A stretch of DNA of 64,000 bases from Carcharhinus amblyrhynchos (Eukaryota). The translations under genes and the position numbers were made by a program. This document shows positions 36,323-48,914 of the stretch, one piece after another; the stretch's first letter is position 1, and each line of letters starts with the position of its first letter. The stretch covers positions 58,838,001 through 58,902,000 of the forward strand of contig OZ336882.1 of NCBI GenBank assembly GCA_965287045.1, written 5' to 3'. The notes under the pieces were generated by a model. The model was not told where the DNA came from. It saw only the letters and a program-made list of their open reading frames with translations, and ran no database searches.

Positions 36323-37453
36323 TGGGATTATGACTGGACCTCCACGAAAGCAGATGCTTTGTATGTAGCGTCTGTTGCACAGGACAGCTGTAGAATCAGA
36401 TTGGTACTCTCACAAATAGTCAGCGTCAATTATACCAGGCCAGTGTAGTGGGTCGGGAGACTCAAGCAGTGGCCATTTAGCAGGCTCCCTGCTGGGCGCC
36501 ACAGCCTCTGCAAGTTTGGCCACCAGATTTCCGGCGCCATCAGTTCCACACTAGAAATTGGCGGGGGCTGGGGGCCTGTATAAATCATTTAAATGCTGAT
36601 TTGACTATGATTTGCGGACCCTGAACTGATGTCTCTGGGCCCATTAAAGTCACCCTCCCCAACCCCCCCACCTCTTCCAGGCAGGAGTGTTTCACTCAGC
36701 AGGGTTTACACTAGCCCCCCACTTGCGGGGAGTTGGCGGCCTGACCCCACTGGAGTGAACAGGGGCCATGGAAACTACGTAGGAGGTCAGGGGTAAGGAG
36801 GGGTGCCCCTAGGCATTGCCAACTTGACAGTGCCAGCCTGGCTACACGGCACTGACCCAAGGGCAAAATAGCCATGCTCAAAGGGGCACCTTGGCACTGC
36901 CCACCAGGCATCATGCAGTGCCAAGAGGGTGGGGTGCCCTGCTGCCATTCTGCACTCGGCGGTGACAGAGGGAAGGATGCCAGCAATCGGGGCTGGCCAA
37001 AGGGGTGGTGGGGCGGGCGGGGAATCGGAACTGAGGGGGAGGAGGAAGGGACGGAGAAATTGGGACAGGCCGGGGTGGGGGATGTTGAGGCTGGGCCAGA
37101 GACATCCCGGGGGGGGCCAGCAATCAGGCGGTGGGCAGGTTGCATGGCCAGCGATGTGGGGTCGTGGGTCTGGCCAGCAATCGGGAGGCTGGCAGTGCGG
37201 GGCTACTGTGCATGCACCTGATTTCGGTGCTGACAGATCGGTGCATGCGCAGTGACCCACTCAGCACTTAGTTGCTGGCCTCTCCAGCAGGAATAGACCC
37301 TGCCTCCTGATTTTTAATGATATTCACACTGGTGCACTCTGTAGTACAGAATGTGAGAGATTCATTTTGAAAATTCCGCTGAAAAAACAAGCAGGATTTA
37401 TTCTGTTTTTACACAAATTCTACACTTAGAATTATTTAGGGAGAATCCCACCC
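36320..37453. mobile_element. GC-rich Harbinger-type non-autonomous element
   Basis: Right TIR gggagaatcccaccc; interior homologous to the 24258, 45067 (inverted) and 47178 copies. Confidence 0.75.
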
Positions 37454-37534
37454 ACTATTTTTGAAGGGAAGGAAGTCTGTGGGCAAGTCAAGATTTGGTT
37501 TTGTAACAGATGACATTACCTCATGATTATGATT

Positions 37535-38045
37535 CAATAACCTATTCCTGTCTTTCTCCCATATCCTTCAATCCCCTTCACTCCAAGAGCAATATCTAAC
37601 TCTTTCTTGAAAATATATAATGTTGTGGCCTCAGCTGCTTTCTGTGGTAATGAATTCCACAAGCTTACCACTCTGAGTGAAGAAGTTTCTCCTAATCTCA
37701 GTCCTAAAGGGTCTACCCATAGCCTTAGACTATGACCCCTGGTGCTGGATATCTCTACTATTGGGAGCATCCTTCCTGCCTCTACCCTGTCTAATTCAGT
37801 TAGATTTTTTAGATTTCGAAGAGATCCCCCTTCATTCTTTGAAAATCTCCAGTGAACATAATCCTAACCGACTCAATCTCTCCTCTTACGTCCATCATGT
37901 AAACCCAGGAATCAGTCTGATAAGCCTTTGCTGCACTCTCTTTATAGCAAGAACATCCTTCCTCAGATTAGGGGAACAAAATTACACATAATATTCCAGG
38001 CATGGCCACATCAAAGCCCTATACAATTGCAGCAAGACATACCTA
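37535..38045 (-). mobile_element. CR1 3' end
   Basis: ORF 37534-37770 TRGHSL...RVVSLWNSLPQKA...GIEGYG. Confidence 0.85.
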
Positions 38046-38673
38046 CTCAAATCAAACCAATTTATGTGCACTTAGGTCTTTCCTATCATTCAATTAGATG
38101 ATGGCTGGTCTGTACTGTTGCACATTTTATATATCTCGGAGCAATGTTGAAACAAAAATAATTTTTGTAATGTTTTCCTCCTCTTTAATTGATGACCTGC
38201 CAGCACTGAGATACAGCTTATGCAGGTAAAGGAACGTCATTAATTCCCAAAAGTGCTAAGACAATAACATTCAATAAAATTGGGTATATGTGCCTTTCCC
38301 TCTCAATAAAAAGATGGTTGTTTGCAAAATGCACGAACATATTCAATTTTCATAAAATAATTATTAAAAATAGGTATTAACTGTCTCCCTACAAGCACGA
38401 CTTCTATATTTTAAATACTGTACAGTGTTATAATTTCAATGGGGGTGAATAATTACTTTGAATTGCTTTGAAACAGGGTCCTGCAACCAAACAAGCCTGA
38501 GAACATCTGGTCTATACTGTTCACTGTCTCCCTGTGGTAATAAACTTTCCCATAGCTGTATTGGATGGGCTGGGTATCTGCTTTCATGGTAACATCCATT
38601 GGCAAAGGCACTTGTTGTTGTGGAACTTACACAAGAGGGAAGGTGGTCACTTTGCAAGTTGAAATGTACCACC

Positions 38674-40436
38674 TGTTAGAATGTAATCGGTTAAACTTTG
38701 TATCCGATATAATGTGACTAATGGTAACAAGCTGTAAGGGTCAGCTGATCCAGTAAACCATGGACCAGAATGATATAATGGTCAGCTGACCAGCTGAATC
38801 AGTATAAATAAAAACCTGTTAGGAATTGTGGGGAGATTGGATTGGCCCAGGGCATGGCCCCAAGTTTGAGTCATAGAGGTCATAGAGGTTTACAGCATGG
38901 AAACAGGCCCTTTGGCCCAACTTGTCTATGCTGCCCTTTCATTTTTAGAAACCCCTAAGCTAATCCCAATTGCCCGCCATTGGCCCATATCCCTCTATAC
39001 CCATCATACCCGTGTAACTATCTAAATGCTTTTTAAAAGACAAAATTGTACCCACCTCTACTACGACCTCTGGCAGCTTGTTCCAGACACTCACTGCCAT
39101 CTGTGTGAAAAAATTGCTCCTCTGGACACTTTTCTATCTCTCCCCTCTCACCTTAAACCTATGCCCTCTAGCTTTAGACTCCCCTACCTTTGGGAAAAGA
39201 TATTGACTATCTAGCTGAACTGTGCCCCTCATTATTTATAGACCTCTATAAGATCACCCTTCAGCCTCCTACGCTCCAGAGAAAGAACTCCCAATGTATC
39301 CAGCCTCTCCTTATAACTCAATCCATCATGTCCTGGTAGCATCCTAGTAAATCTTTTCTGCACTCTTTTTAGTTTAACAATATCTTTTCTATAATAGGGT
39401 GACCAGGATTGCACACAGTATTCCAAGTGTGGCTGCACCAATGTCTTGTACAACTTCAACAAGACATTCCAACTCCTCTACTCAATGTTCTGACCGATGA
39501 AACCAAGCATGCCAAATGCCTTCTTCACCACTCTGTCCACCTGTGATTTCACTTTCAAGGAGCTATGAACGTGTAACCCAGATCTTTTTGTTCTGTAACT
39601 CTCCCCAACACCCTACCATTAACTGAGTAAGTCCTGCCCTGGTTCAATCTACCAAAATGCATCATCTCGCATTTGTCTAAACTAAACTCCATCTGCCATT
39701 CGTCAATCCACTGGCCCAATTGATCAAGATCCCGTTGCAATTGGAGATAACTTTCTTCACTGTCCATCATGCTACCAATCTTGGTGTCATCTGCAAACTT
39801 ACTAACCATGCCTCCTGTATTCTCATCCAAATCATTAATATAAATGACAAATAACAGTGGACCCAGCACTGATCCCTGAGGCACACTGCTGGTCACGGGC
39901 CTCCAGTTTGAAAAACAATTCTCTACAACCACCCTCAGGCTTCTGTCAAGAACCCAATTTTGTAACCATTTAGATACCTTACCCTGGATCCTGTGAGATT
40001 TAACATTATGCAACAACCTACCGTACGGTATCTTGTCAAAGGCCTTGCTAAAGTCCATGTAGACAACATCAACTGCACTGCCCTCATCTACCTTCTTGGT
40101 TACCCCTTCAAAAAACCCAATCAAATTTGTGAGACATGATTTTCCACTCACAAAGCCATGCTGACTGTCCCTAATCAGTCCTTGCATCTCTAAATGCCAG
40201 TAGATCCTGTCTCTCAAAATACCTTCCAACAATTTACCCACCACAGATGTGAGGCTCACTGGCCCGTGGTTCCCAGGCTTTTCCCTGCAGCCCTTTTTGA
40301 ACAAAGGCACAACAGATGCCACTTTGGAGTAATGGAGTTTCTTTATTAAACTCTTTAAGTTGGAATAAGTTTTGTTATATTTTTATTGTTTGTATTTGAA
40401 GATGTCTTCTGAGAAAACACCACCAACCTTCTAATA
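38674..40436 (+). mobile_element. Candidate solo LTR (about 310 bp) split by a CR1 insertion
   Basis: Inverted termini tgttagaatgt / accttctaata, TATAAA at about 38803, ATTAAA at about 40345; no matching TSD seen. Confidence 0.45.
38872..40322 (-). mobile_element. 5'-truncated CR1 LINE with RT remnant
   Basis: ORF 39555-40322 ([35 protein letters not shown]) and ORF 39232-39462; (acctctatg)n tail. Confidence 0.92.
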
Positions 40437-40529
40437 GTTACAGATCAACAACAAATGCAGCACTATCTATACTTCAAATCTGATACATCAGTTGTGGAGC
40501 ATTCTGGAATGTCTTAAGAAAGGCACGTT

Positions 40530-40642
40530 GATTGGGATTTTCCAGCTGTGTTTACCCCAAAGCTGGAAAATGGACCTTTGCATGGTCTGTGTCCCGCCTG
40601 CTGTGATCCCCATGGCGGGACAGGATGGGAAAATTTCACCCT
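40530..40642. mobile_element. Short Harbinger-type MITE
   Basis: gggattttcc ... ggaaaatttcaccc inverted ends. Confidence 0.55.
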
Positions 40643-40843
40643 ATATATACGTATATATACATACACAAGCTCTTTCTTTTGCAAGCCCTTCAGTACAAGT
40701 ATTTGCAGATATCATAGAGCCAGTGAAATGTTACGTAAGACATTATACCAGGATCTGACAAGGTATGTGAATTTTAATACAACTGAAAGAAGAACCAACT
40801 ATTCCAAAGAAAAGTTGGGGTCAAAGGTCATTGGTATACTTAC

Positions 40844-41116
40844 TGATGATGATGAGGGTATAGTTGAGATGGATGCTGCCAAACCCATTAGTTGCTCTGC
40901 AGACATAGACTCCCGCATCCTCCATCTCCACCTCCTTGATCTTGAGACCGTGCTGAAGGACTCGGAACCTCGTCCAGCCGCTATGGATGGTGCGTCCATC
41001 TTTGATCCACATGATCAGGGGTGGAGGGTCGCCCTCCACCGGACAGGCCAACCTGACCGTGCGGCCAAGCTTCACCTGCTGCCGGCTCATCACTTTCTTA
41101 GCGATCCTTGGAGGTC
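40844..41116 (-). CDS. FGFRL1: Internal coding exon (Ig-like domain 1) of an FGFRL1-family receptor (FGFR-like 1/FGFR5)
   Basis: Translates to (G)[90 protein letters not shown], recognisable as FGFRL1 D1 ([37 protein letters not shown] sequon). Acceptor ...tctatgtccag|GA at 41117/41116 and donor A|gtaagt at 40844/40843; 273 bp, phase 1-1. Confidence 0.95.
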
Positions 41117-41714
41117 CTGGACATAGACATTAAGGAGAGGTCAGCAGTCAGTAATGGCACAACTGGTACCTCAGAGTACTTCATTGATATTCACAGCAAC
41201 ACTATGATTTATTTTTCATTTATGCTCTATTGGTGTACTGAGCCATGCTAATTATTGTTTAGTAATTATTAATTGGTGCTGCCCTAGGGTGCTTGCCTTT
41301 TAATGCTTCAGACTGGAGCAACTTCTTGTCAGCTCTGCAGTCTGATCTAAAGATCTAAATGCAGATGAGTGCTTCACTTCATCGGGGCGGTTATTTAGTG
41401 GGATTGAGACACAACAGGAAATAGGCCAGGTTCAGAGAACCATGTCCTTCACCCGAACAAGATGTTCTTTAAAATCTGCCAAATGACTCATGCCAGTTCA
41501 GAATGCCAACTGGACTCCTCGCTCAGAACAGGAGGAGGCCATGTAATGCCTCGCCACCATTCAATTCACTCATGGCTGGCACTTGTGGCCTAACTCAATA
41601 GACCAGCCTCTGCCCACCTCTTATACCAATGGCTAACAAAAATCTATCAATCTCAGATTTAACATTAACAATGGTTCTCACATCAGGTGCCATTTGTGGA
41701 AGAGAGTTCCAAAG

Positions 41715-41872
41715 ATGTGCAGGTTAGGCAGATTGCCCCATGATCAATGCTCAGGGTTACGGAGATAAGGTGGGCTAAGTGGAACAAGGTAAAGTGCTCT
41801 TTTGGAGAGTTGATGCAGACTCGATGGGCCAAATGGCCTCCTTCTGCATTATAGGGCTTCAATGGCTTCAGT
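41715..41872 (+). mobile_element. 5'-truncated HE1-type SINE inside an old CR1 tail (about 41525-41900, minus strand)
   Basis: Direct repeat gagagttccaaag at 41702-41714 and 41874-41886. Confidence 0.7.
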
Positions 41873-43659
41873 GGAGAGTTCCAAAGCTCTGCTACTCCTT
41901 GCATATAGCTCAGCCAGTCACAGAGCTGTCACACACTCCACTCTACATGGAAGCTCCTGAGCTCCCTTGCCAGAATGGAATCCCATCAGGCATGCGAAGA
42001 GTGGGCAAATACAATAAAAGCACTCCCATTCCTTGGAATGGATGTACAATGTAGTTCAAAACTATAACTCACCCACTACCACAATGTACCATGAGCATAA
42101 TGTCAACGTACCCTGAGAAACATGAATCTAACATGTACACACTGCTGTAATTAGAAAACAAATTATTGTGGTACATTCTGAACTGCCCGTGTTTATCCGC
42201 AACTCCAGATTAGAAAATAGCAATCAAGGGTTCCAGGTACTATCACCAACCACACTGCTCCAAAACACACACCTAATCAGTCCGAATCAGGGTGAAACAC
42301 TTCTTCTTTCCCTCTATCTACGCACAGTTTGAGTCTACAGCTCCTAGATGTGAGAGCACATCACATCATACACAACTAATCAGTTCCAACATAGAGAGAT
42401 TGGAGGCTTCGTGCATGATTAAGTAGGTGTGTGTGGGATTGTGGGCTTGAATGTGTGTGCATGTGAAGGTATGTGTGCCGTGCACACATGTTTGCGCACA
42501 CAAGTACATAACCTTGTGAATGGATTTGCATATGTAGGTTGAATGGCTATGCTGTAATTTCTGCAGTTGCAGAAGAGGAGACAGGCAGAGCCGTGCCTGC
42601 AGATGTTAGTTTTTTACTTAGCAGTGCTTTCTGGTCTTTCAAAAACTGTGCTCCCTACAGAGCTCCCAGTGTAGCAGGGAGCAGCGGTCAGTGAGAGATC
42701 ACAATACCAGAGGCAAATTCACCGAGAGCAGCCGTCTGCTGGGATTGGCAGTGTTTAAAGTTCGAACCCACCACTGTGCCTAGTTTCAGTGAGAGGCAAC
42801 CCACTCTGTCTGCTTTGCATTTAGACGCAGCTACTGGGGGTGAAAGGTCATCATTCACACTTGAATATGACCACCCACCCAATTCCCTTTTCTAAAAAAA
42901 GACTTTTTTTAAAAAAATGACATTTTTGTACACAACAGTGATACATTATCCTGGATCATAAAGTGCTCTCACAGCATTTGCCGTGCCAACCATCCCATAC
43001 ACGCTCCTTATTTATTCAGCAGGGCAAAGGTTAACGGAAAGTGAAAATATCATGTGATGTTTTACTGAAACGGAGTTCAGCTTCAAGCCTGTGTTTCTTG
43101 GATGCGGCGATGCCCATACTCTTCCTCCCTCGTGCCTCATTCTTTGCGTTCCCAGTTCTGACTTTCCTCCCCTGGAGGTTGCTTTGCTGCGTTTATGTTG
43201 GAATGTTCCGATGCCAGAGACCTGGCAAGTGTGTACCTTGGACGCCGCTGCTCCATCACATCTATTCAAATCATTTCCTGTTGCATTACCAGCTTATTCC
43301 AAACAGCAACCTTTTATTTTCGCTTAGGAGGTGAATGGATCGTTTGTGAACATAGTTTGTTAATGGATTATCTTTCCTTTGCAGGGGTGGGGGGGGTTGG
43401 GATTAAAATAACCACCGGGATTTTGTGACAAAAGGCCCAAATCACTGGTAGTTGATTGTTTTTCTTTCAATGTTGCTTCATATTTTCTCTCCTCTCCGCA
43501 ACCTGTGCCAATTCTGCCTGCACGGTGTTTTCATTCGTATCGGCTGTCCTATTCAATCAAATTGAGTATCAGAGTTGAGGACAATTATGTCCCTTGCTTT
43601 TAAGTCAGTTCATTTCCACTTTATGACAGATTGCCCGAGAGCAGTCAGGGCTGGAAACC

Positions 43660-43862
43660 TAAGTTTTAAGTTTTATTTATTAATGTCGCAATTAGGCTTA
43701 CATTAACACTGCAATGAAGTTACCTTGGAAATCCCCTAGTCGCCACAGTCCGGGTTCGGGTACACTGAGGGAGAATTTAGCATGCACTTAACCAGCACAT
43801 CTTTCAGACTGTGGGAGGAAACCCACTCAGACACAGGGAGAACATGCAGACTTGACACAGAC
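43660..43862 (-). mobile_element. MER6-type V-SINE, 5' truncated
   Basis: taggcttacattaacactgcaatgaagttac...aatcccctagtcgccaca. Confidence 0.8.
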
Positions 43863-45066
43863 GTTCACTTCGCAAATTACATTAAACCCTCCCCACCTCG
43901 CCCAGCACCAACCCTCCCACCCATCCCACAACCAGAGCACCGTCCTTCCCACCCAGGAATGCTGATCCCATTCTATACTGTCTCTTGGGAAACCCAGCGC
44001 TGTCCCTAGTGACCTTTTGCATTTTAATCGCACGCCCCGTACGCAGAATAATACAAAAGGTGCTGTGCTAGAGGCAGACCAAACGCTCGAGCTGGAGGGC
44101 AGAAGTGGAGCTATTTTTAAAGCAGCTTCTGGAAACAGGAAGAGGAGGTGACGAGGTGAAGGAATTTTGAGGTGGAGTTCCAGACAGCAGGGACATAATA
44201 GCCGCCCAACTTGGTGACCCGTGCTGTTCAAAAGCTGCAGCAGGAAACACATCTAGGCTGAGCTGCAGCAAGGGGAGCAAATCACCTTCTTAAACAAAAG
44301 AGTTTCTTTCTTCTTAACATGAATGGGACTGTTTAAGAAATTGAAAAAGAGAGGGAAAAATAAACAGGAAATAAAACCATAAAATACCAAATAATAAAAA
44401 AACAAAGATTTTATTTAGAATTCTCTCTACCAGCTCCTTCTTCATGATTATTTATTTCTTCAAACTGTGCCTGATAATTACAGATCTGATCCAAGTATAA
44501 TTCCTACATGATCCCAGAATGGAATTCTGATATATCAAATCATTCCCACTTTCCTCATTTGATTTAGAATTCCCAAGCCAGGCATAACATTTGCATCCAT
44601 CATCTTGATCCAATGATAATATTTCTCTCAATTCCTGATGTGTTCTGATTCACCAGCAGGCTGAATATTGGGAGCTCAATGCCCACCCGTACGCTCAAGC
44701 TGCCAGCTATACTCTCACCTTCCTCAGGACCCTGTGTCTCGCACAGGCAGCCAGGCCAAAACTCTCCCTTAAGGCTCCCCTCCAGCCCTCTGAGATCTCA
44801 GTGCTTCCCCAAATGTGGCCTCTCAACATCTCCATTTATCATTGCTCCAGCATCAGCGTCCACGCTGCCAAAGTCCCAAGTTCTTAAATTCCTTCCGGTC
44901 AAAGTGCGGCGTTCTCAAACATTGACAACAAGGATTTGCAACAAACAACATGGACAGAATTTTACTGCTCAGCCTGCCCGCCATGGGAATCAGAGCGGGC
45001 GAGAGGCAGACAATGGAAAGGTCTGTTGACCTCAAATGGGATTTTACATGCAGAGAGAGAAATAAT

Positions 45067-46148
45067 GGCCGCGATTCTCCCAAAAGCGCTGAATTGGTGG
45101 GAAAACTGTTCAAGATCACAGTGTTTCTCAGTTCAACTTCTCATTCAAATCTCTGCACTCTGTGCACTGCAGAGATCACAATCATGAATCTCATTAAAAC
45201 CTGGAGGGGGCAGGGTCTATTCACGCCGGAGTTTGACAGTTCTGGAACTCTGTGCATATGCAATGGCCCCGATCTGTCAGTCTCCCTGTTTGCTGGCCAG
45301 CTCAATCACTAGCCAGCCTGGGTCCCCCACACTACTGCCCCTCTAGCACCCCACCCATGGCCTGATCGCGGCCCCCACTACAATTCCCAGGCCAGCCCTG
45401 ACCCCACTCCCCCTGTCCCCGGAGTGCCCCAATGTCCAGGCCACCCCCTCTAGCAATGGCGATCTCTCCCATCCCCCTCAACAGACCCGCCCGCTGACTT
45501 CCTCATGGGGTCAGACTGCTCCAGGGAGGCAGACACCCCCCCCGCTCCACCCCCCAGCCCCCAGCCCATCCCAATTGCTGCTCTCCCTCCATCCCAGAGC
45601 AATCCCCATGCAGAGTGGCAACAGGTCCCCCTAGGCCCCTCCCAAAGGAGGCCCCAACCCCTTGGCACTGCCCAATGTCTGGTGGACATGGGCACTTTGC
45701 CCCTTGGGCAGTGCCGGGAGCACAGATTGGCATTGTCAGGGTGCCCATGCCCAGGGGGTACAACCCTCTGCCAGCCGATCCTCTGGGGGCCCCCAAGTGC
45801 TGCCCCTTCATTCCGGCGAGATCTCCCACTAGTTCCCTGAACATGGGGTGCTACTTTAAACTCCGCCAGAATGAAGTACTCCTTGCAGGGTGGGAGACTC
45901 ACTCGGGACCATTTAGTTCCTGATAATGAAACGTAAACTACATTTAAAACATATTAAAACAAGATTCAAATTACTTACCACCTTCCTGCCAGTTTCCAGC
46001 AATGGTCTGACCTGCGAATGTTCGCCAGCTTTGGGAAAGGTGCATGCATTCTGGGCACGTGCGCAAATCCTGGAACAAGGCCGGTGATGCGCATCTCCCA
46101 GCCTGACCCACCAGAAAAGCTGCGGGTCGCTATGGGTGAATCGTGGTC
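45067..46148. mobile_element. Complete GC-rich Harbinger-type non-autonomous element
   Basis: TIRs ggccgcgattctcccaaa / tatgggtgaatcgtggtc (14/18 complementary); 3-bp flanks AAT/AAT. Confidence 0.8.
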
Positions 46149-46236
46149 AATGTTTCGAGTCCAATATAACTTCTTTGGAACTGAAGAACATTTAAAAATC
46201 TAGAGATTGGTGGAGTGGGGGCTAATGTTGGTCACA

Positions 46237-46838
46237 AGAATATAAGAAATAGGAGCAGGAGTAGGCCATCTAGCCCTTCGAGCCTGCCCCGCCATTCAAT
46301 AAGATCATGGCTGATCTGAAGTGGATCAGTTCCACTTTCCCGCTTTCTCCCCATAACCCTTAATTCCCTTGTCTATCAAAAACCTATCTACCCGTGACTT
46401 AAATATATTTAGCGAGGTAGCCTCCACTACTTCAATGGGCAGAGAATTCCAGAGATTCACCACCCTTTGAATGAAGTTCCTCCTCAACTCCGTTCTAAAC
46501 TGGCCCCCCTTTATCTTGAGGCTGTGCCCTCTAGTCCTGCTGTCCTTTCTGAGCGGGAAGAATCTCTCTACCTCTACCCTATCCATCCCCTTCATTATCT
46601 TATACGTCTCTATAAGGTCCCCCCTCATCCTTCTAAACTCCAACGATTACAGACCCAGTCTATTTAGTCTCTCTTCATAGTCCAACCCCCTCATCTCCGG
46701 TATCAGCCTAGTGAACCTCCTCTGCACTCCCTCCAAGGCCAAAATATCCTTGCGCAAGTGCGGTGACCAAAACTGCACACAGTACTCCAGCTGCGGCCTC
46801 ACCAGTACCCTGTACAGTTGCAGCAAGACCTCCTTGCT
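46237..46838 (-). mobile_element. Young CR1 3' end, same subfamily as 12886-15142
   Basis: ORFs 46647-46847 and 46326-46643 nearly identical to the C-terminus of ORF 13534-15045. Confidence 0.92.
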
Positions 46839-46899
46839 CATAATCAAGGCCTCATAATCTGGGTTGGCATTTAAGTGCAGTGATGAGCAAGTGCCATAT

Positions 46900-47177
46900 T
46901 GTTGGAGGTGGATGAAACATTAAATCGAGGCCTAAATATATGTTCAGATAGATGTAGAAGATTCAAAGGAAGAACATGGAAGTTATCCTGATGTCCCGGT
47001 CAACATCCCTGAACCAACATCAAGACTAAAAAAAAACTGGTCAGCAAACTTAATGTGGGATCTTGCTGTGCACAAATTAGCGCTGTGTTTACCTACAAAA
47101 AATAAACAGGCTACAATTCAAAACTAATCCATTGGCTGTGAAGCACTTTGGGATATTCTGAGGATATTAAAGATATA
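46900..47177 (+). mobile_element. DeuSINE fragment whose last bases resume at about 48580
   Basis: gtgggatcttgctgtgcacaaatt...cattggctgtgaagcactttggga; ttaaatgcaag follows the insert. Confidence 0.65.
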
Positions 47178-48579
47178 GGGGGTGATTATCTAAGTCTGCT
47201 GTGCGGGATTCCTGCTGTGCACCATGGCCTCCACATATGTCCAGGTGCCAGAGAGAGGCAACTTCTTGCAAACTGTGCCTAGCCTAACCCCTAATTCTAT
47301 CTTTCACTCTTGTTCTATGTTTCTAAAACTTAATTATAACACTTCTAAACTCTTTAGCAATGTACTATTACAATCTCTTATGGCTGTAACACCGCATTCT
47401 GCACTCTTGTCCTTTCCTTCCCTATGTACGGTATGCTTTGTCTGTATAGTGCGCAAGAAACAATACTTTTCACTGTATACCAATACATGTGACAATAATA
47501 AACCAAATCAAAGTGTCTTAGCGTAATTAGCTTTGTACTGGAAATTGGCGTGGAGATGATTATCATACTGAAATTAGCATGTCAATATGATTAGCGGGCC
47601 CAGGGCTAATTTTCTAGACACGCTAGCATCTTTCCCCTTTCCCCCTACCACCTGACATTCTCCCCCACCGCCACCCCGCACCCTGCACCCCTCACCCCCC
47701 GCCCAGTGAGAGTGGTTCTGTCCAATGGGGTTTACTCCTGCTCCCCACTAATGGGGAACAGGCAGGCTGATTCCGCTGGAGGGAACAGGGGCCATTCAAG
47801 CCTGCCTGGGAGGTTGAGGATAAGTGGGGTGCCCCTTGGGCGGTGCCAGCCTGGCAATGCACGCCTGGCACCCTAGCACTTCCCAAGAACAAACTGGAAC
47901 TGCTTAAGAGGCACCTTGACACTGCCTACCAGATATTGGGCAGTGCCAAGGGGGTGGGGCCTATGGGGGCAGGGCTATTGGGATCATCCTTGGAGAGACA
48001 AGCTGCTACTGTGCATATGGAGCCTTGGGGGAGGGAGGGAAGAGAGTGAACGGGACTGACCATCCGGTGCGGTGGAGAGGGGGTGGTGGTTATGCAGAGT
48101 AACACTGGGGCTGGTGGTAGGGGGACCAATGTTGGGGTTGGCCAATTGGATCGGGGAAGCAGGTGTCAGGACTGTTGGAAGAGAGGAATCGGGACTGGTC
48201 TAGGGGCAGGGGATAGATCATAGAAGCTGGCCAGGAGACCAGCGGTGAGTGCCAGGGTGGGCAGTGAGCCAGGAAGGCAGTGAGCCGGAAGGGTAACAAT
48301 TGGGTTGGCCAGTGACTGGGAGGCTGGCAATGGGGAAGGCGCCATTCTCTACGCTGACAGATTGGCGCATGTGCAATGGCTCACTAAACACTATACTGCT
48401 GGCCTCTCAGATGGGAATAGGACCCGCCCACAGATATTCAGAGTGAATCACATTAGGGCACTCTGTGATGCATAGAGTGTTGGAAATTCATTCTGGAAAT
48501 CACGCTTAAAAAAAACGCTGGATTTACTCCCATCTTTCCGCACATTGGGAATTTAGAATTTTTTTGGGAGAATCCGACC
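47178..48579. mobile_element. GC-rich Harbinger-type element with nested Rex1 tail
   Basis: Ends gggggtgattatc / gggagaatccgacc; 3-bp flanks ATA/ATA; interrupts a DeuSINE tail. Confidence 0.7.
47378..47512 (+). mobile_element. Rex1/Babar 3' UTR fragment
   Basis: Near copy of 637-770. Confidence 0.8.
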
Positions 48580-48914
48580 ATAATTTAAATGCAAGCACCA
48601 GCTTTTTGTTAATTGGCTAAGAACCTCTCCAGTATTAGAGCACTTTTTTTCTTTTGGGTATAGCTACTTATTCAAAACTTCAAGTACAGACTTGGATGAG
48701 TGCAGGTAGGCAGGCCTGGTGTGGGTCCAGAAAATAGCCTATTATGTGTCATTTAAAGGGATATTGAATTGAAGTGCTGTAACAGAATAGGGAGGACAAA
48801 CACTTTGCAACCTCTACATAGGCTTCGAGGCAACTTAACCTATTGATAACCTTTGCCAAGGTCAGGTAGAGATGGGGCTAAGACATGGCAGGTAACAATT
48901 GAGAGAAAGGATCA

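Noticed and set aside
40548-41126. 192-aa plus-strand ORF
   Set aside because: Antisense shadow of the FGFRL1 exon, beginning inside a MITE.
43827-44280. Possible signal-peptide exon (MCFLLQLL...)
   Set aside because: No convincing hydrophobic core followed by a phase-1 donor.
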